Shown here: piece by piece, positions 15,500-26,767 of the stretch
Position numbering within the stretch: the stretch's first letter is position 1
How the letters are laid out: each line of letters opens with the position of its first letter
From: Pseudomonas sp.
Lineage (GTDB): Bacteria > Pseudomonadota > Gammaproteobacteria > Pseudomonadales > Pseudomonadaceae
NCBI RefSeq assembly: GCF_037994325.1
Contig: NZ_JBBNAH010000381.1
Coordinates: 1-42,011, forward strand
Length of the DNA: 42,011 bases
Reading direction: 5' to 3'
Position numbers and translations under genes: made by a program
The notes under the pieces: model-generated
Told to the model about the DNA's origin: nothing
The model's input: the letters and a program-made list of their open reading frames with translations, nothing else
Databases searched by the model: none

Positions 15500-15762
15500 T
15501 TTCGCGCCTTACGCGCGAGTTACTTTTTGCAGTCGCCGGGATGCCGGACCACAAAAAAGTAACCAAAAACGCTAGCCCCTGCATCGGGTCTGCGCTGCGC
15601 TGCGACTTCCCTCGCTCCTTCGTTGTTCCGGGGGCCGGCAAAACTGGGCGTCCCTGGCCTGTCTTTGCCTTTCGCCGCTCCCGGCGGCTCAGCCCCCTAA
15701 TCAACGATTCCACTCGGCCTTCGCTAACGGGGCGGGTGCATCAAGATCACATGCCAGATCAA
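15500..15762. repeat. ~260-nt multi-hairpin intergenic element (putative dispersed repeat, MITE-like element or structured RNA)
   Basis: Stems TCGCGC/GCGCGA (15502-15518) and GTTACTTTTT/AAAAAGTAAC (15519-15563). CGTTG..GGGGGC/GCCCCC..CAACG (15621-15706) encloses two further hairpins. Ends in AAGATCA..AGATCAA. Confidence 0.6.
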
Positions 15763-15829
15763 GTGCCCCTCTCTCTTAAAACGGCAGAGGGGGCTCCATC
15801 GAGTAATCCGGCTGGATCGGAGATGGATT

Positions 15830-15870
15830 CCCCTCTCCCGCTTGCGGGAGAGGGGCTAGGGGTGAGGGTT
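15830..15870. repeat. BoxC-like palindromic repeat
   Basis: CCCCTCTCCCGC-TT-GCGGGAGAGGGG followed by the purine tail CTAGGGGTGAGGG. A degenerate companion hairpin lies at ~15765-15794. Confidence 0.7.
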
Positions 15871-15898
15871 GGCCTTTAGTCCAAGCTCGCTCCTACAT

Positions 15899-18800
15899 TT
15901 ACGGTTTAGGTGTTGCCGTTTCTTGCGGTTGTTCTTCGCTGGCAACTTTCTGTTCTTGCCCATGTTGATTGGCCAGGTAGATTTCCATCTTCGGCGTGGC
16001 GCTGGAGTTGATGTCGTTGTCGCGGAACAGTTGGTCGATGCGGCGGTTGAGTTCGTCGGTGGCCGGGCCACGGTCGCCGAGTTCGCGCACGTAGATTTTC
16101 AGTTCGTGGTCCAGGGTGCTGGCGCCGTAGGAGGTCAGTTGTACGGTTGGCGCTGGGTCGCGCAGTACGCGGGAGTTTTCCTGTACGGCTTGCATCATCA
16201 GTTTGCGCACCAGTTCCAGGTCGCTGCCGCGCTGGACGTTAAAGGTCAGCACGATACGGGTGACGGTGTCGGTCAGCGTCCAGTTGATTAATTGGCTGGT
16301 GAGGATGGTTTGGTTCGGCACGATTACGGCTTTGCGGTCGCCATCGGTGATGTGCGTGGCGCGGATGCGGATGCGATTGACCGTGCCGGTTACGGTGCCG
16401 ATGGTCACCAGGTCGCCAATCCGTACTGGGCGTTCGAACAGCAGGATGATGCCGGAAATAAAGTTGGCGAAGATCGCTTGCATACCAAAACCGATACCCA
16501 CCGACAGCGCCGCTACCAGCCATTGCAGTTTGTCCCAGCTCACCCCGAGGGTCGACAGCGTGCTGACGATACCGATGCCGGCAATCGCGTAGGAGAGCAG
16601 GGTGGTGGTGGCGTAAGCGCTGCCTTGGGCCAGTGACAGGCGCGAGAGCACCAACACTTCCAGCAAGCCGGGCAGGTTGTTGGCCAGGGCAATGGTCACG
16701 CCGATGATCAGCAGAGCGCCGAGCACGTCGAGCAGGCTGATTGGCACCTGCGTGGCGGCGCTGCCGGTGCCGGTGGCGTATTGGTAGAGGGTGACGTTGT
16801 CGAGGTAGGCGAACACGCTGATCAGGTCGGCCCATACCAGGTACAGGCAGCCGATAAAGCCGGCCAGTAAGGTTAGGCGGATCAGGCGCAGGGATTGTTG
16901 GTTGACCTGGTCGATGTCCAGGGTCGGGGTTTCTACCGGTACTTCGTCGCCGTCGACATTTTCCTTTGCCTGCGCTTGGCGTTTGGCCAGGGCGCGGGCA
17001 TAGGCCAGGCGCCGGGCGGCCACGGCCAGACCCCGGACAAACGCCGCCTCAACGATTAGCCAGATAATCAGCAAGTACAGGGTGTTGATCAGCCGGTCGG
17101 TGAGTTTTAGCGAGGTGTAGTAGTAGCCAAAACCCACGGCGATGATCAGTGCGAATGGCAGCAGGGTAAACGCGGCACCAATGGCCAGGCGGAACGGTGA
17201 GGCGTGTTCGCGCAGTTGTTCACCCAAGAGTAATTTGCCCAGCAGCCAGGTCATCAGGCAGAAACAGGTCAGCACGATCACGATGCCGATCACGTCTTCG
17301 GCCAGCGCCGCCGGTTGTTGCTCGGCCACGCTTACCACCGCCACCAAGGCCATCACCACCAGGCCGAGGTTGCGCACTTGTTTGCTGATGAAGTCGACCT
17401 GCGGACGCGGCCAGCGGAAGTGCAGCTCGGCCACGCCACCAGGCGCCAGAATGCGGTACAGGGTGTAGAACACCAGCCAGGCCTGGGCCATCTCCAGCAA
17501 GGCGAGGCCCAGCGCGGCGTTTTGCCCACGGGCATCAACGCGCAGCGCCAGGCCGCCCAAGGCCAGCAGTAACGACACCGGCAAGGCCAGCAAAATATTT
17601 AGCAGCAGAGCCAGCGGCGTGTGCAGTTGGCTGTCGCGTTTGTAGTGGCCGATGTCTTCGTGCAGGGCATTGAGCTTGCGGTAGATGGTGGCGCGCTGCC
17701 AGATCAGCAGGCCGCTGACCAAGGCCAAGGGAATAAAGAACCACGGCCGCTCGCCCAGGGCTTCAAACAGCTGCTTGATGCCCGAGCCCCAGGCGATATC
17801 GGCGACCTGGCTTTGCAGGTAACGCGGCGCGATGCGCAGCCAGGCTAAGTCCAGCGGCTTGTTGCTGGGAATCCAGAACATCTGTTCTTCCAGCGTGGCG
17901 CGCAGGGATTTAGCCGTGGCTTGCAGCTGTTTCTGGTTGAGTTGCAGGGTGATTGATTCGTTCAGCAGGGCATTGAGTTCGCGGCTCAGGCGGTCGAGCA
18001 GTTCGCTGCGGGTGTTGGCCAGCTCCAGCAAGGTGCGGCGCAGTTCCGGGGTGACTTGTTCGGCCGGTTGCTTGGCCAGCAGGCTGTCGACGTAGTTTTG
18101 CGGGCTGCTGTATTGGTCGCGGGTCTGGTTGAGGTCGAACTGGTACAGACGGATATCGGCAATCTCGTCAGCCAGGTCTTTGTTCATGCTCAGCTGCGGC
18201 AGCGATTGCTTTTGCTGGTAGAGAATTTTCGACAGCAGCAGGCTGCCTTTGAGCACGTTGATCTGCTCTTCCAGGGATTGGTCGGCCTGGTTGATGCTGT
18301 CCAGTTGCTGCTTGGTCAGCAGGTTTTCGCGGGTCAGGTCGTTAAGGCGGTCAGTGGCGCGCAGCAGGTAGTCGGAGAGTTTCAGGTTTTGCGCGCTTTC
18401 TATTGCGACCACGCTGTCGGAGCCGGCGGCGTGGGCTTCACGCGACAGCTCAACCACGGTTTTTTCTGACTGCGCCCGGCGTTTTTCGCTGATCAGGGTT
18501 TGCAGGTCGTTGCTGGTTTGTTCGGCGCGGGCAATGCGTTCTACCAGCAGGTCGCGTTGGCTGTTGGCCAAGTCTTGCAACTGGTTGTTGGCCGCCAGTT
18601 CAGCGCGGCGCAGGGTGGTTTTTGCCGCCAAGGCTGCTTGTTCGGCATTGAGCTGATCACGGCGTTCGGCGGGCAGGGTTTTGCCGGCCTCTTTGCCGGC
18701 CTTGAGCAGGTTGCTGATTTCCTGGGCGCGGGTCTGGCCGGCGCTGATTTCCGCTTGGGCGCGTTCCGGGCGGGTTTGGGCGGTGAGGATGTCGCTGTTG

Positions 18801-19228
18801 GCCACGGCCAGGGCTTTTTGCCAGTCGCTTTGCTGAGTGCTGAGGTCGGTCAGCTTTTGTTCCAGTTGCGGAATGCCGTAGCTGCCGTAGCGCTGACGGA
18901 ACTGCGCCGGCGGCGTGGCTTTGAGCTTGGCCAGGGCATTCTGGCTGTCGGCGATCAGGCGCGGGGCGTCGGTGATTTTTTGCTTAAGCGCCGCCAATTG
19001 CCCTTCGGCGGTGTCTTTTTCCGCCAACAGCGCCAGGGTACTTTCCAGGGTCTGTTTGACCGTGGACAAGTCTGGCTCGGCCAACTTGCGGTCGCCCAGG
19101 GTGTCCAGGCTGCGTTGCACATCAGCGGCAGAGGGCGGGTCCGCCGCGTGTACGGGGGAAACACTAACGAGCAGGCCAAGCAGGCCAGCGGTGATCAAGC
19201 GGCGAAGCGGGGTACAGAACAAGGGCAT
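15899..19228 (-). CDS. mscK: Mechanosensitive channel MscK (KefA)
   Basis: Signal peptide, long periplasmic coiled coil, TM bundle, and MscS core (LQWLVAALSVGIGFGMQAIFANFISGIILLFERPVRIGD); 1109 aa. Confidence 0.95.
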   Translation of the reverse strand: MPLFCTPLRRLITAGLLGLLVSVSPVHAADPPSAADVQRSLDTLGDRKLAEPDLSTVKQTLESTLALLAEKDTAEGQLAALKQKITDAPRLIADSQNALAKLKATPPAQFRQRYGSYGIPQLEQKLTDLSTQQSDWQKALAVANSDILTAQTRPERAQAEISAGQTRAQEISNLLKAGKEAGKTLPAERRDQLNAEQAALAAKTTLRRAELAANNQLQDLANSQRDLLVERIARAEQTSNDLQTLISEKRRAQSEKTVVELSREAHAAGSDSVVAIESAQNLKLSDYLLRATDRLNDLTRENLLTKQQLDSINQADQSLEEQINVLKGSLLLSKILYQQKQSLPQLSMNKDLADEIADIRLYQFDLNQTRDQYSSPQNYVDSLLAKQPAEQVTPELRRTLLELANTRSELLDRLSRELNALLNESITLQLNQKQLQATAKSLRATLEEQMFWIPSNKPLDLAWLRIAPRYLQSQVADIAWGSGIKQLFEALGERPWFFIPLALVSGLLIWQRATIYRKLNALHEDIGHYKRDSQLHTPLALLLNILLALPVSLLLALGGLALRVDARGQNAALGLALLEMAQAWLVFYTLYRILAPGGVAELHFRWPRPQVDFISKQVRNLGLVVMALVAVVSVAEQQPAALAEDVIGIVIVLTCFCLMTWLLGKLLLGEQLREHASPFRLAIGAAFTLLPFALIIAVGFGYYYTSLKLTDRLINTLYLLIIWLIVEAAFVRGLAVAARRLAYARALAKRQAQAKENVDGDEVPVETPTLDIDQVNQQSLRLIRLTLLAGFIGCLYLVWADLISVFAYLDNVTLYQYATGTGSAATQVPISLLDVLGALLIIGVTIALANNLPGLLEVLVLSRLSLAQGSAYATTTLLSYAIAGIGIVSTLSTLGVSWDKLQWLVAALSVGIGFGMQAIFANFISGIILLFERPVRIGDLVTIGTVTGTVNRIRIRATHITDGDRKAVIVPNQTILTSQLINWTLTDTVTRIVLTFNVQRGSDLELVRKLMMQAVQENSRVLRDPAPTVQLTSYGASTLDHELKIYVRELGDRGPATDELNRRIDQLFRDNDINSSATPKMEIYLANQHGQEQKVASEEQPQETATPKP

Positions 19229-19263
19229 GGTCGCGAATCGTGCGGCTCAGGAAGCTGAGGAGT

Positions 19264-21009
<1,746 letters not shown>

Positions 21010-21108
21010 GGGCGGAACTCCAGGCAGAACGGCGGATAGATCGAAAATGACCTACAGCATGCAGCAGGCATGCCAGACGATTCTAACCTGCGCTTTCCCA
21101 CGCCTGTC

Positions 21109-21136
21109 AAAAAAAAGCCCCGCGTAGGGGCGGGGC
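21109..21136 (-). terminator. Rho-independent terminator downstream of the acyl-CoA dehydrogenase
   Basis: Minus strand GCCCCGC-loop-GCGGGGC followed by T8. Confidence 0.8.
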
Positions 21137-21170
21137 ATGGTTTTTAGTAGTGCGGATGCTATTGCTCGTC

Positions 21171-21236
21171 GTAGGGGGTGCTGCGCGCGCCAAGGGATTT
21201 TTGCGTGTACGCCCTGGTGCGCACAGCGCACCCTAC
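21171..21236. repeat. REPIN (inverted GTAG-family REP pair)
   Basis: GTAGGGGGTGCTGCGCGCGCCA ... TGGTGCGCACAGCGCACCCTAC. Confidence 0.8.
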
Positions 21237-21261
21237 GAGGCATATCTGCCGATATCGGTGT

Positions 21262-23064
21262 TTAGAACCACGCGTCTTTCATGGCCAAACAGGTGTCATC
21301 CCGCGCTTCGAGAATCGCCAAATCATGGTGCATGCTCGGCACTTCCCAGGTCAGGAAGTAGCGCGCGGCCTGCAGCTTGCCGGTGTAGAAGTCGTGGTCT
21401 TGAGCATTGCCTTTGGCCAAGCCTTCTTCGGCGCGAATGGCCTGTTCCAGCCAGCGCCAGCCAATCACCATATGGCCAAACACTTTCAGGTACAGCGCCG
21501 AGTTGGCCAGGCTTTCGTTGACCTTGCCGCTCATCAAGTCGCCAAGCAGGGCCAGGGTTACGGTGCTCAGGCGCGAGAGCAAATGTTCCAGCGGTTCACG
21601 CAGGGCATTTAGCGACTCGTACTCGGCCGCGCGTTGGCAGCAGGTCTGCACCAGTTTGACCAACTGCTTTAGTGCCGCGCCGCCGTTCATGGACACTTTG
21701 CGCCCCAGCAAGTCGAGCGACTGAATGCCGTAGGTGCCTTCATGGATCGGGTTCAGGCGGTTGTCGCGGTAGTACTGCTCCACCGGGTATTCGCGGGTGT
21801 AGCCGTGGCCGCCAAGAATCTGGATGGCCAGTTCGTTGGCTTTCAAGCAGTAGTCCGAAGGCCAGGACTTCACAATTGGGGTCAGCAGGTCGAGCAGTTC
21901 CAGCGCGGTTTTGCGCTCTTGCTCGCTTTCCAGGGTTTGCGTGTCGTCGAACAGCCGGGCGGCGTACAGCGCCAGGTCGAAGGAGCCTTCAACGTAGGCC
22001 TTCTGGGTGAGCAGCATGCGACGTACGTCGGCGTGTTCAATGATCGCCACTTGTGCGGTGGTAGGGTCTTTGCCGTCGGGCAGACGACCTTGCGGACGCT
22101 GACGGGCGTAGTCCAGCGAATACAGGTAGCCGGCGTAACCAAGCATCACCGCACCCATGCCCACGCCGATGCGCGCTTCGTTCATCATCTGGAACATATA
22201 CGCCAGGCCAGCGTGCGGTTTGCCCACCAAGTAGCCCACGCACTCACCGTTATCGCCGAAGTTCAGCGCGGTAGAGGTGGTGCCGCGCCAGCCCATCTTG
22301 TGGAACAGGCCGGCGAGAATCACGTCATTGCGCTTGCCCAGCGAGCCGTCATCGTTCACCAGAAACTTGGGCACGATAAACAAGGAGATGCCCTTTACCC
22401 CGGCCGGTGCGTCCGGCAGCTTGGCCAGCACCATATGCACAATGTTTTCCGACAGTGGGTGGTCGCCGCCGGAGATAAAGATTTTGTTGCCCTTGATCCG
22501 GTAAGTGCCATCGCCAGCGGGTTCGGCGCGGGTGCGCAGGTCCGACAGCGAGGAGCCGGCGTGGGGCTCGGTCAGGGCCATGGTGCCAAAGAAGCGGCCG
22601 TCGATCATCGGCTGCAGGAAGCGTTGCTTTTGCTCCTCGCTGCCAAAGCTCTCAATCAGGTTGGCCGCGCCCATGGTCAGAAATGGGTAGGAAGTAGTGG
22701 CCGCGTTGGCTGACTGAAAGTGGCAAAAGCACGCTTGCGACAGCAGGGTTGGCAGTTGCATGCCGCCGGCTTCGAAGTCGCGCGAGGCATTAAGAAAGCC
22801 GGCTTCAAGGAAGGCATCCACCGCCGGTTTCACTTCCGGAATCAGCACCGCGGCGCCGTCGACAAATTGCGGTTCGTTTTCGTCGTTCTTGCGGCAGTGC
22901 GGGGCGAACAGGTTTTCGGCAATGCTGCGGGCGGTGTCGATAGCGGCGTCAAAGGTTTCGCGGCTGTGCTCGGCGAAACGTTCGCGCTGGGTCAGGGCTT
23001 CGGCGTCCAGCACTTCGTAAAGCTCGAAGGCCAGGTTGCGGGAGCTGAGCAGAGTCTCGGACAT
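21262..23064 (-). CDS. Acyl-CoA dehydrogenase (600-aa family)
   Basis: GTMALTEPHAGSSL, IKGNKIFISGGD and IQILGGHGYTREYPVEQYYRDNRLNPIHEGT motifs. Confidence 0.95.
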   Translation of the reverse strand: MSETLLSSRNLAFELYEVLDAEALTQRERFAEHSRETFDAAIDTARSIAENLFAPHCRKNDENEPQFVDGAAVLIPEVKPAVDAFLEAGFLNASRDFEAGGMQLPTLLSQACFCHFQSANAATTSYPFLTMGAANLIESFGSEEQKQRFLQPMIDGRFFGTMALTEPHAGSSLSDLRTRAEPAGDGTYRIKGNKIFISGGDHPLSENIVHMVLAKLPDAPAGVKGISLFIVPKFLVNDDGSLGKRNDVILAGLFHKMGWRGTTSTALNFGDNGECVGYLVGKPHAGLAYMFQMMNEARIGVGMGAVMLGYAGYLYSLDYARQRPQGRLPDGKDPTTAQVAIIEHADVRRMLLTQKAYVEGSFDLALYAARLFDDTQTLESEQERKTALELLDLLTPIVKSWPSDYCLKANELAIQILGGHGYTREYPVEQYYRDNRLNPIHEGTYGIQSLDLLGRKVSMNGGAALKQLVKLVQTCCQRAAEYESLNALREPLEHLLSRLSTVTLALLGDLMSGKVNESLANSALYLKVFGHMVIGWRWLEQAIRAEEGLAKGNAQDHDFYTGKLQAARYFLTWEVPSMHHDLAILEARDDTCLAMKDAWF

Positions 23065-23232
23065 GCGGCTTACCTGTTTGTTATTGAGAGATCGGCCTTG
23101 GGCCTGTGCCGGGAGTCTAGTGCGCGGGGCTGGCAGCGCCTAGCTCTATACAGGCCGGTGATAAAGCAGCAAAACCCAGTGCGCAGGGCTGGTAAACTTC
23201 GCCGCCAAAGCAGCGCCCGAGGACCATGCAGG

Positions 23233-24069
23233 ATGAACTACCGCCACGCCTTCCACGCCGGCAACCATGCCGATGTGCTCAAGCACCTTATTGTCAGCCG
23301 CATCATTGCCCTGCTGGCGCGCAAAGAAGCCCCGTTCGTGTGCATCGACAGCCACGCCGGGCTTGGCCTCTACGACCTCAAGGGCGACGAAGCGAGCCGT
23401 ACCGGCGAATGGCTGGAAGGCATCGCCCGCCTGTGGAACGGCGCTGAGCGGCCGGCCAGCACAGACGACTACTTCAACGTGCTCAAGGCCATGAACCCCG
23501 ATGGCGAGCTGCGCTACTACCCAGGCTCTCCGGAACTGGCCCGCGAGCTGACCCGTGACCAAGACCGCGTGCTGCTTAACGAAAAGCACCCGCAGGACGG
23601 CCAACTGCTGAAAGAAAATATGAAAGGCGACCGCCGCGTGGCCGTGCACCTTGGCGAAGGCTGGCATGTGCCGCGTGCTCTGCTGCCGGTGGCAGAAAAG
23701 CGCGCCTTGCTGCTGATCGACCCGCCGTTTGAGCAGAGCGATGAGCTGGACCGCTGCATCACCGCGCTTAACGAAAGCATCGGCCGTATGCGCCAGACCA
23801 TCGTCGCCATTTGGTACCCGATCAAGGATGAGCGTCAGCTCAAGCGCTTCTACCAAGGCCTGAGCAAATCCACCGCGCCGAAACTGCTGCGCGCCGAGCT
23901 GTTTGTGCATAGCCCTGACGACGCCACTCGATTAAGCGGTTCCGGCCTGGTGATCGCCAATGCGCCCTGGGGCTTGGAAGACGAGTTGAAGGAATTGCTG
24001 CCATGGCTGGGCAAAACCTTGGCGCAAAGCCAAGGGGATTGGCGGTTGGATTGGTTGATTGCCGAGTGA
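23233..24069 (+). CDS. rlmJ: 23S rRNA (adenine(2030)-N6)-methyltransferase RlmJ
   Basis: True start MNYRHAFHAGNHADVLKH at 23233; DSHAGLG, YPGSP, LIDPPFE and WYPIK motifs. Confidence 0.95.
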   Translation: MNYRHAFHAGNHADVLKHLIVSRIIALLARKEAPFVCIDSHAGLGLYDLKGDEASRTGEWLEGIARLWNGAERPASTDDYFNVLKAMNPDGELRYYPGSPELARELTRDQDRVLLNEKHPQDGQLLKENMKGDRRVAVHLGEGWHVPRALLPVAEKRALLLIDPPFEQSDELDRCITALNESIGRMRQTIVAIWYPIKDERQLKRFYQGLSKSTAPKLLRAELFVHSPDDATRLSGSGLVIANAPWGLEDELKELLPWLGKTLAQSQGDWRLDWLIAE

Positions 24070-24098
24070 CGGCGGCGTTGTGTGGCTGGCTTTAAATT

Positions 24099-24173
24099 CT
24101 GGATCCCCGCCTGCGCGGGGATGACGGAGTTTGCAAGAACGACATCCGTCATTCCCGCGCAGGCGGGAATTCA
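24099..24173. repeat. Back-to-back pair of CGTC-family REPs between convergent genes
   Basis: Reverse complement CCGTCATCCCCGCGCAGGCGGGGATCCAG and forward CCGTCATTCCCGCGCAGGCGGGAATTCA. Confidence 0.8.
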
Positions 24174-24213
24174 ATGGTCCGGCACCTCATTGCGGTGGTG
24201 ACGCGGAAAACGC

Positions 24214-25482
24214 CTAACCCTTCGGCCGTTTTGCATCCACGTAATAGGTCAACTGCTGCCGTGGGTTGAGGTATTCGCGCTCGGCTTCGCCCAACTCGGC
24301 TGGCCTAACGCTGCGGGCAATGGCCAGCTCGGGCTCGTGTTCCAGGTTGAGAATGAGCGCTTCGCTTTTGGGGATATGCGCCTCGTACACAATCAATGTC
24401 GGTTTCAGCGGCAAGGTCGGGTGCATGCCCAATACCAAGCCGAAACGGCCGTCGTCGAGCTGCACCAGACTTCCCGGTGGGTATACGCCCATGCAGCGGA
24501 TAAAGGCCTTGAGCGCCACCTGGTCGAAGCGTTCCTTGTACTGATTAAACATCCGCGCCAAGGCTTCGTGGGGGCTGATGGCCTCGCGCGGGTTGAGTGG
24601 GTTGCACAGATTGTCGAATACGTTAGCGATGGTCACCACGCGGCTCAGGCGGCCGATGGCAGCTTCATGCAGGTGGTTGGGGTAGCCACTGCCGTCACAG
24701 TATTCGTGGTGCTCGGCGATGATGCGCAGCACCTCGTCATCGAGCATCAACTTATGCCCACGGCGCCGGCCAAATTCGGTGTGCATTTGAAAAAACTGCA
24801 GTTCCGGGCGGTTTAGCGGCTCGGTTTTAAGCAGCACTTTGCTCGGCACATCCAGCTTGCCCATGTCGTGCAATAGCGCGCCCAGGCCAATGGAGTGACA
24901 GGTCTCGCTGTCGTAACCGAGCTGGCGGCCGAGCATCATCGCCAGCACCGTGACGTTCAAGGCATGGGAGTACGCATCTTCGGCGGCCTTGCCGTTGATG
25001 CTGTGCAGCACCACGCCATCCTCGGCCATCATGGTGCCAACCAATTCGCGCACCACTTCGCCGGCCTGTTTCACCACGTCTTCCGGGGCGCGTTGCAGGG
25101 TTTTGGTCAGCTCTTTGACCATTTGGCTGGTGTGGATGAATTTGCGGTCAACTTCGGCCAAACGTTTGCGCAGCTTGCCCAGTTTTACCGCGCGGGCCTG
25201 GGCCGCCAGTTCTTCGGCAGTGGGCGGTTTGGGGGGCGGCGGCGGTTCTTCGACGATGACCGGCGGCAGGTCGTCGGGGTGTGGCAACGGTTGGCAATCG
25301 CTGCGTGCCGGGTCGTAACGCACCTGCGGCAAGCCCAGTTCGAGCAGGGCATCGAGCTGGGCCTGGTCTTTGATTTTGAAGTTGCTAAAGGCGAAGTCGT
25401 GTTCCCACCAGCCCAGGTCAAGCTGGACGTAGAGACCGACACAAAGTTGTTGCGGAACAAGGCGTTTTTTCGAATCTGGCAT
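24214..25482 (-). CDS. HD-GYP domain protein with N-terminal DUF3391-like domain (putative c-di-GMP phosphodiesterase or receptor)
   Basis: LCVGLYVQLDLGWWEHDFAFSNFKI N-terminal domain; LLHDMGK, HHEYCDGSGYP and GVYPPGSLV motifs. Confidence 0.9.
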   Translation of the reverse strand: MPDSKKRLVPQQLCVGLYVQLDLGWWEHDFAFSNFKIKDQAQLDALLELGLPQVRYDPARSDCQPLPHPDDLPPVIVEEPPPPPKPPTAEELAAQARAVKLGKLRKRLAEVDRKFIHTSQMVKELTKTLQRAPEDVVKQAGEVVRELVGTMMAEDGVVLHSINGKAAEDAYSHALNVTVLAMMLGRQLGYDSETCHSIGLGALLHDMGKLDVPSKVLLKTEPLNRPELQFFQMHTEFGRRRGHKLMLDDEVLRIIAEHHEYCDGSGYPNHLHEAAIGRLSRVVTIANVFDNLCNPLNPREAISPHEALARMFNQYKERFDQVALKAFIRCMGVYPPGSLVQLDDGRFGLVLGMHPTLPLKPTLIVYEAHIPKSEALILNLEHEPELAIARSVRPAELGEAEREYLNPRQQLTYYVDAKRPKG

Positions 25483-25571
25483 GCCGGGCTCTTGGGGCCG
25501 CTGGTTATTTGGCCCTAAGTCTAGCGCGCCAGAAGCGGGTCGTGACCCGCCTAATGGCTAAAAGCCAGCTT

Positions 25572-26594
25572 TTACTTACCGGCGTTTTTGCGATTGACCT
25601 GCTCGGCGGCATTGATGATGTCGGCGCCGATGACTGCTTCGTACTGTTTCCACACCGGCTGCATGGCCGCGCGCCACTCGCTGCGCTCTTGCTCGGTGAG
25701 AGTGATCAGCTTGGTTTTGCCCTGACTCAAGCGCTGCCGGGCGTCGACGTTTTGCTGCTCGGCCGCATTGTTTACCGCGAAGGTGACATCTTCGATGATG
25801 CCTTCCAGCTCGGTGCGGGTGGCGTGGGGGATGGCGTACCAAAACTTGGTATTGGTCACCAACATATAGTCGAGCACGCCGTGGTTGGTCTCGGTCATAT
25901 ACGGCTGGTACTTCTCGTACGTCTGGCTGTAGATGTTGGACCACGTGTTCTCCGTGCCCTGTACCTTGCCATCGGCCATAGCCTGCAACGTGTCGGCGAA
26001 CGGCAGTTTTACCGGCGTAGCGCCCAAGGCGGCGAATTGGCTTTCGATAATTGGTGACGATTGAATGCGAAATGCCAAGCCCTTGGCATCGGCGGGCTTG
26101 TTTAGCGCCTTGGTCGAGGACAGCTGCTTCATACCGTTGTGCCAATAGGCCAGGCCGGTAATGTTCGACTCCTGCATACCAGTGAGTAGCTGACGACCTT
26201 TGGCGCGTTGCTGAAAGCGGTTGACCGCTGCCAGGTCATCGAACAGGAAAGGCAGATCGAAAATCTGCAGCTGTTTGCTGTACTGGCTGAATTTGGCCAG
26301 CGATGGGGCGAGGATCTGCACGTTGTTATCGCGCAGCGCCTGCAATTCATCGGCATCGCCATACAGGCTGGAGTTGGGGAAGATCTTGACGCTGACCTTG
26401 CCGGCCAAGCGCTCTTCTACCAGCTTTTTGAATAGGATCGCGCCCTGGCCTTTGGGCGTGTCATCGGCGACCACATGGGAAAATTTGATAACGATGGGTT
26501 CTTCACTGGAGGCGGCACCGACGGCACCGGCAAAACCCAACAAAGCGGCAAAACCTAACAGCAGGCGGCAACGCCCGAGGGGGGATGTGTTCAT
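25572..26594 (-). CDS. dctP: TRAP transporter substrate-binding protein, DctP family (orphan)
   Basis: Signal peptide; IKFSHVVADDTPKG, FDLPFLF, YWHNGMKQ, FRIQSS and GTENTWSN motifs. Confidence 0.9.
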   Translation of the reverse strand: MNTSPLGRCRLLLGFAALLGFAGAVGAASSEEPIVIKFSHVVADDTPKGQGAILFKKLVEERLAGKVSVKIFPNSSLYGDADELQALRDNNVQILAPSLAKFSQYSKQLQIFDLPFLFDDLAAVNRFQQRAKGRQLLTGMQESNITGLAYWHNGMKQLSSTKALNKPADAKGLAFRIQSSPIIESQFAALGATPVKLPFADTLQAMADGKVQGTENTWSNIYSQTYEKYQPYMTETNHGVLDYMLVTNTKFWYAIPHATRTELEGIIEDVTFAVNNAAEQQNVDARQRLSQGKTKLITLTEQERSEWRAAMQPVWKQYEAVIGADIINAAEQVNRKNAGK

Positions 26595-26724
26595 GCGGAC
26601 TCTCTCTTTTTTTTATAGGCGCAGCCGCTGCGGCTTTCGGAACCGGCGGGGGCATAGCTGCTGGCAGAGGGTCATCCTACAACTTGGTTGTTACCGGCGC
26701 ACTTAGACCTTAGCAATGCGTGAT

Positions 26725-26755
26725 CGAGTCGAGACTGCTGGGCCGTCTCGACTCG
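26725..26755. other. 11-bp perfect hairpin after the msrA stop (possible terminator or processing stem, no U-tract)
   Basis: CGAGTCGAGAC-N9-GTCTCGACTCG. Confidence 0.5.
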
Positions 26756-26767
26756 TTGCACTGAGGT

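Noticed and set aside
15400-15879. ORFs of 159 aa (+) and 93 aa (-) in the mscK-selO spacer
   Set aside because: They are translations of palindromic repeat elements, with no evident SD or protein-like features. A small toxic peptide cannot be fully excluded.
22720-23232. 171-aa N-terminal extension of RlmJ in the ORF track
   Set aside because: Overlaps the acyl-CoA dehydrogenase antisense. The family start MNYRHAFHAGN is at 23233.
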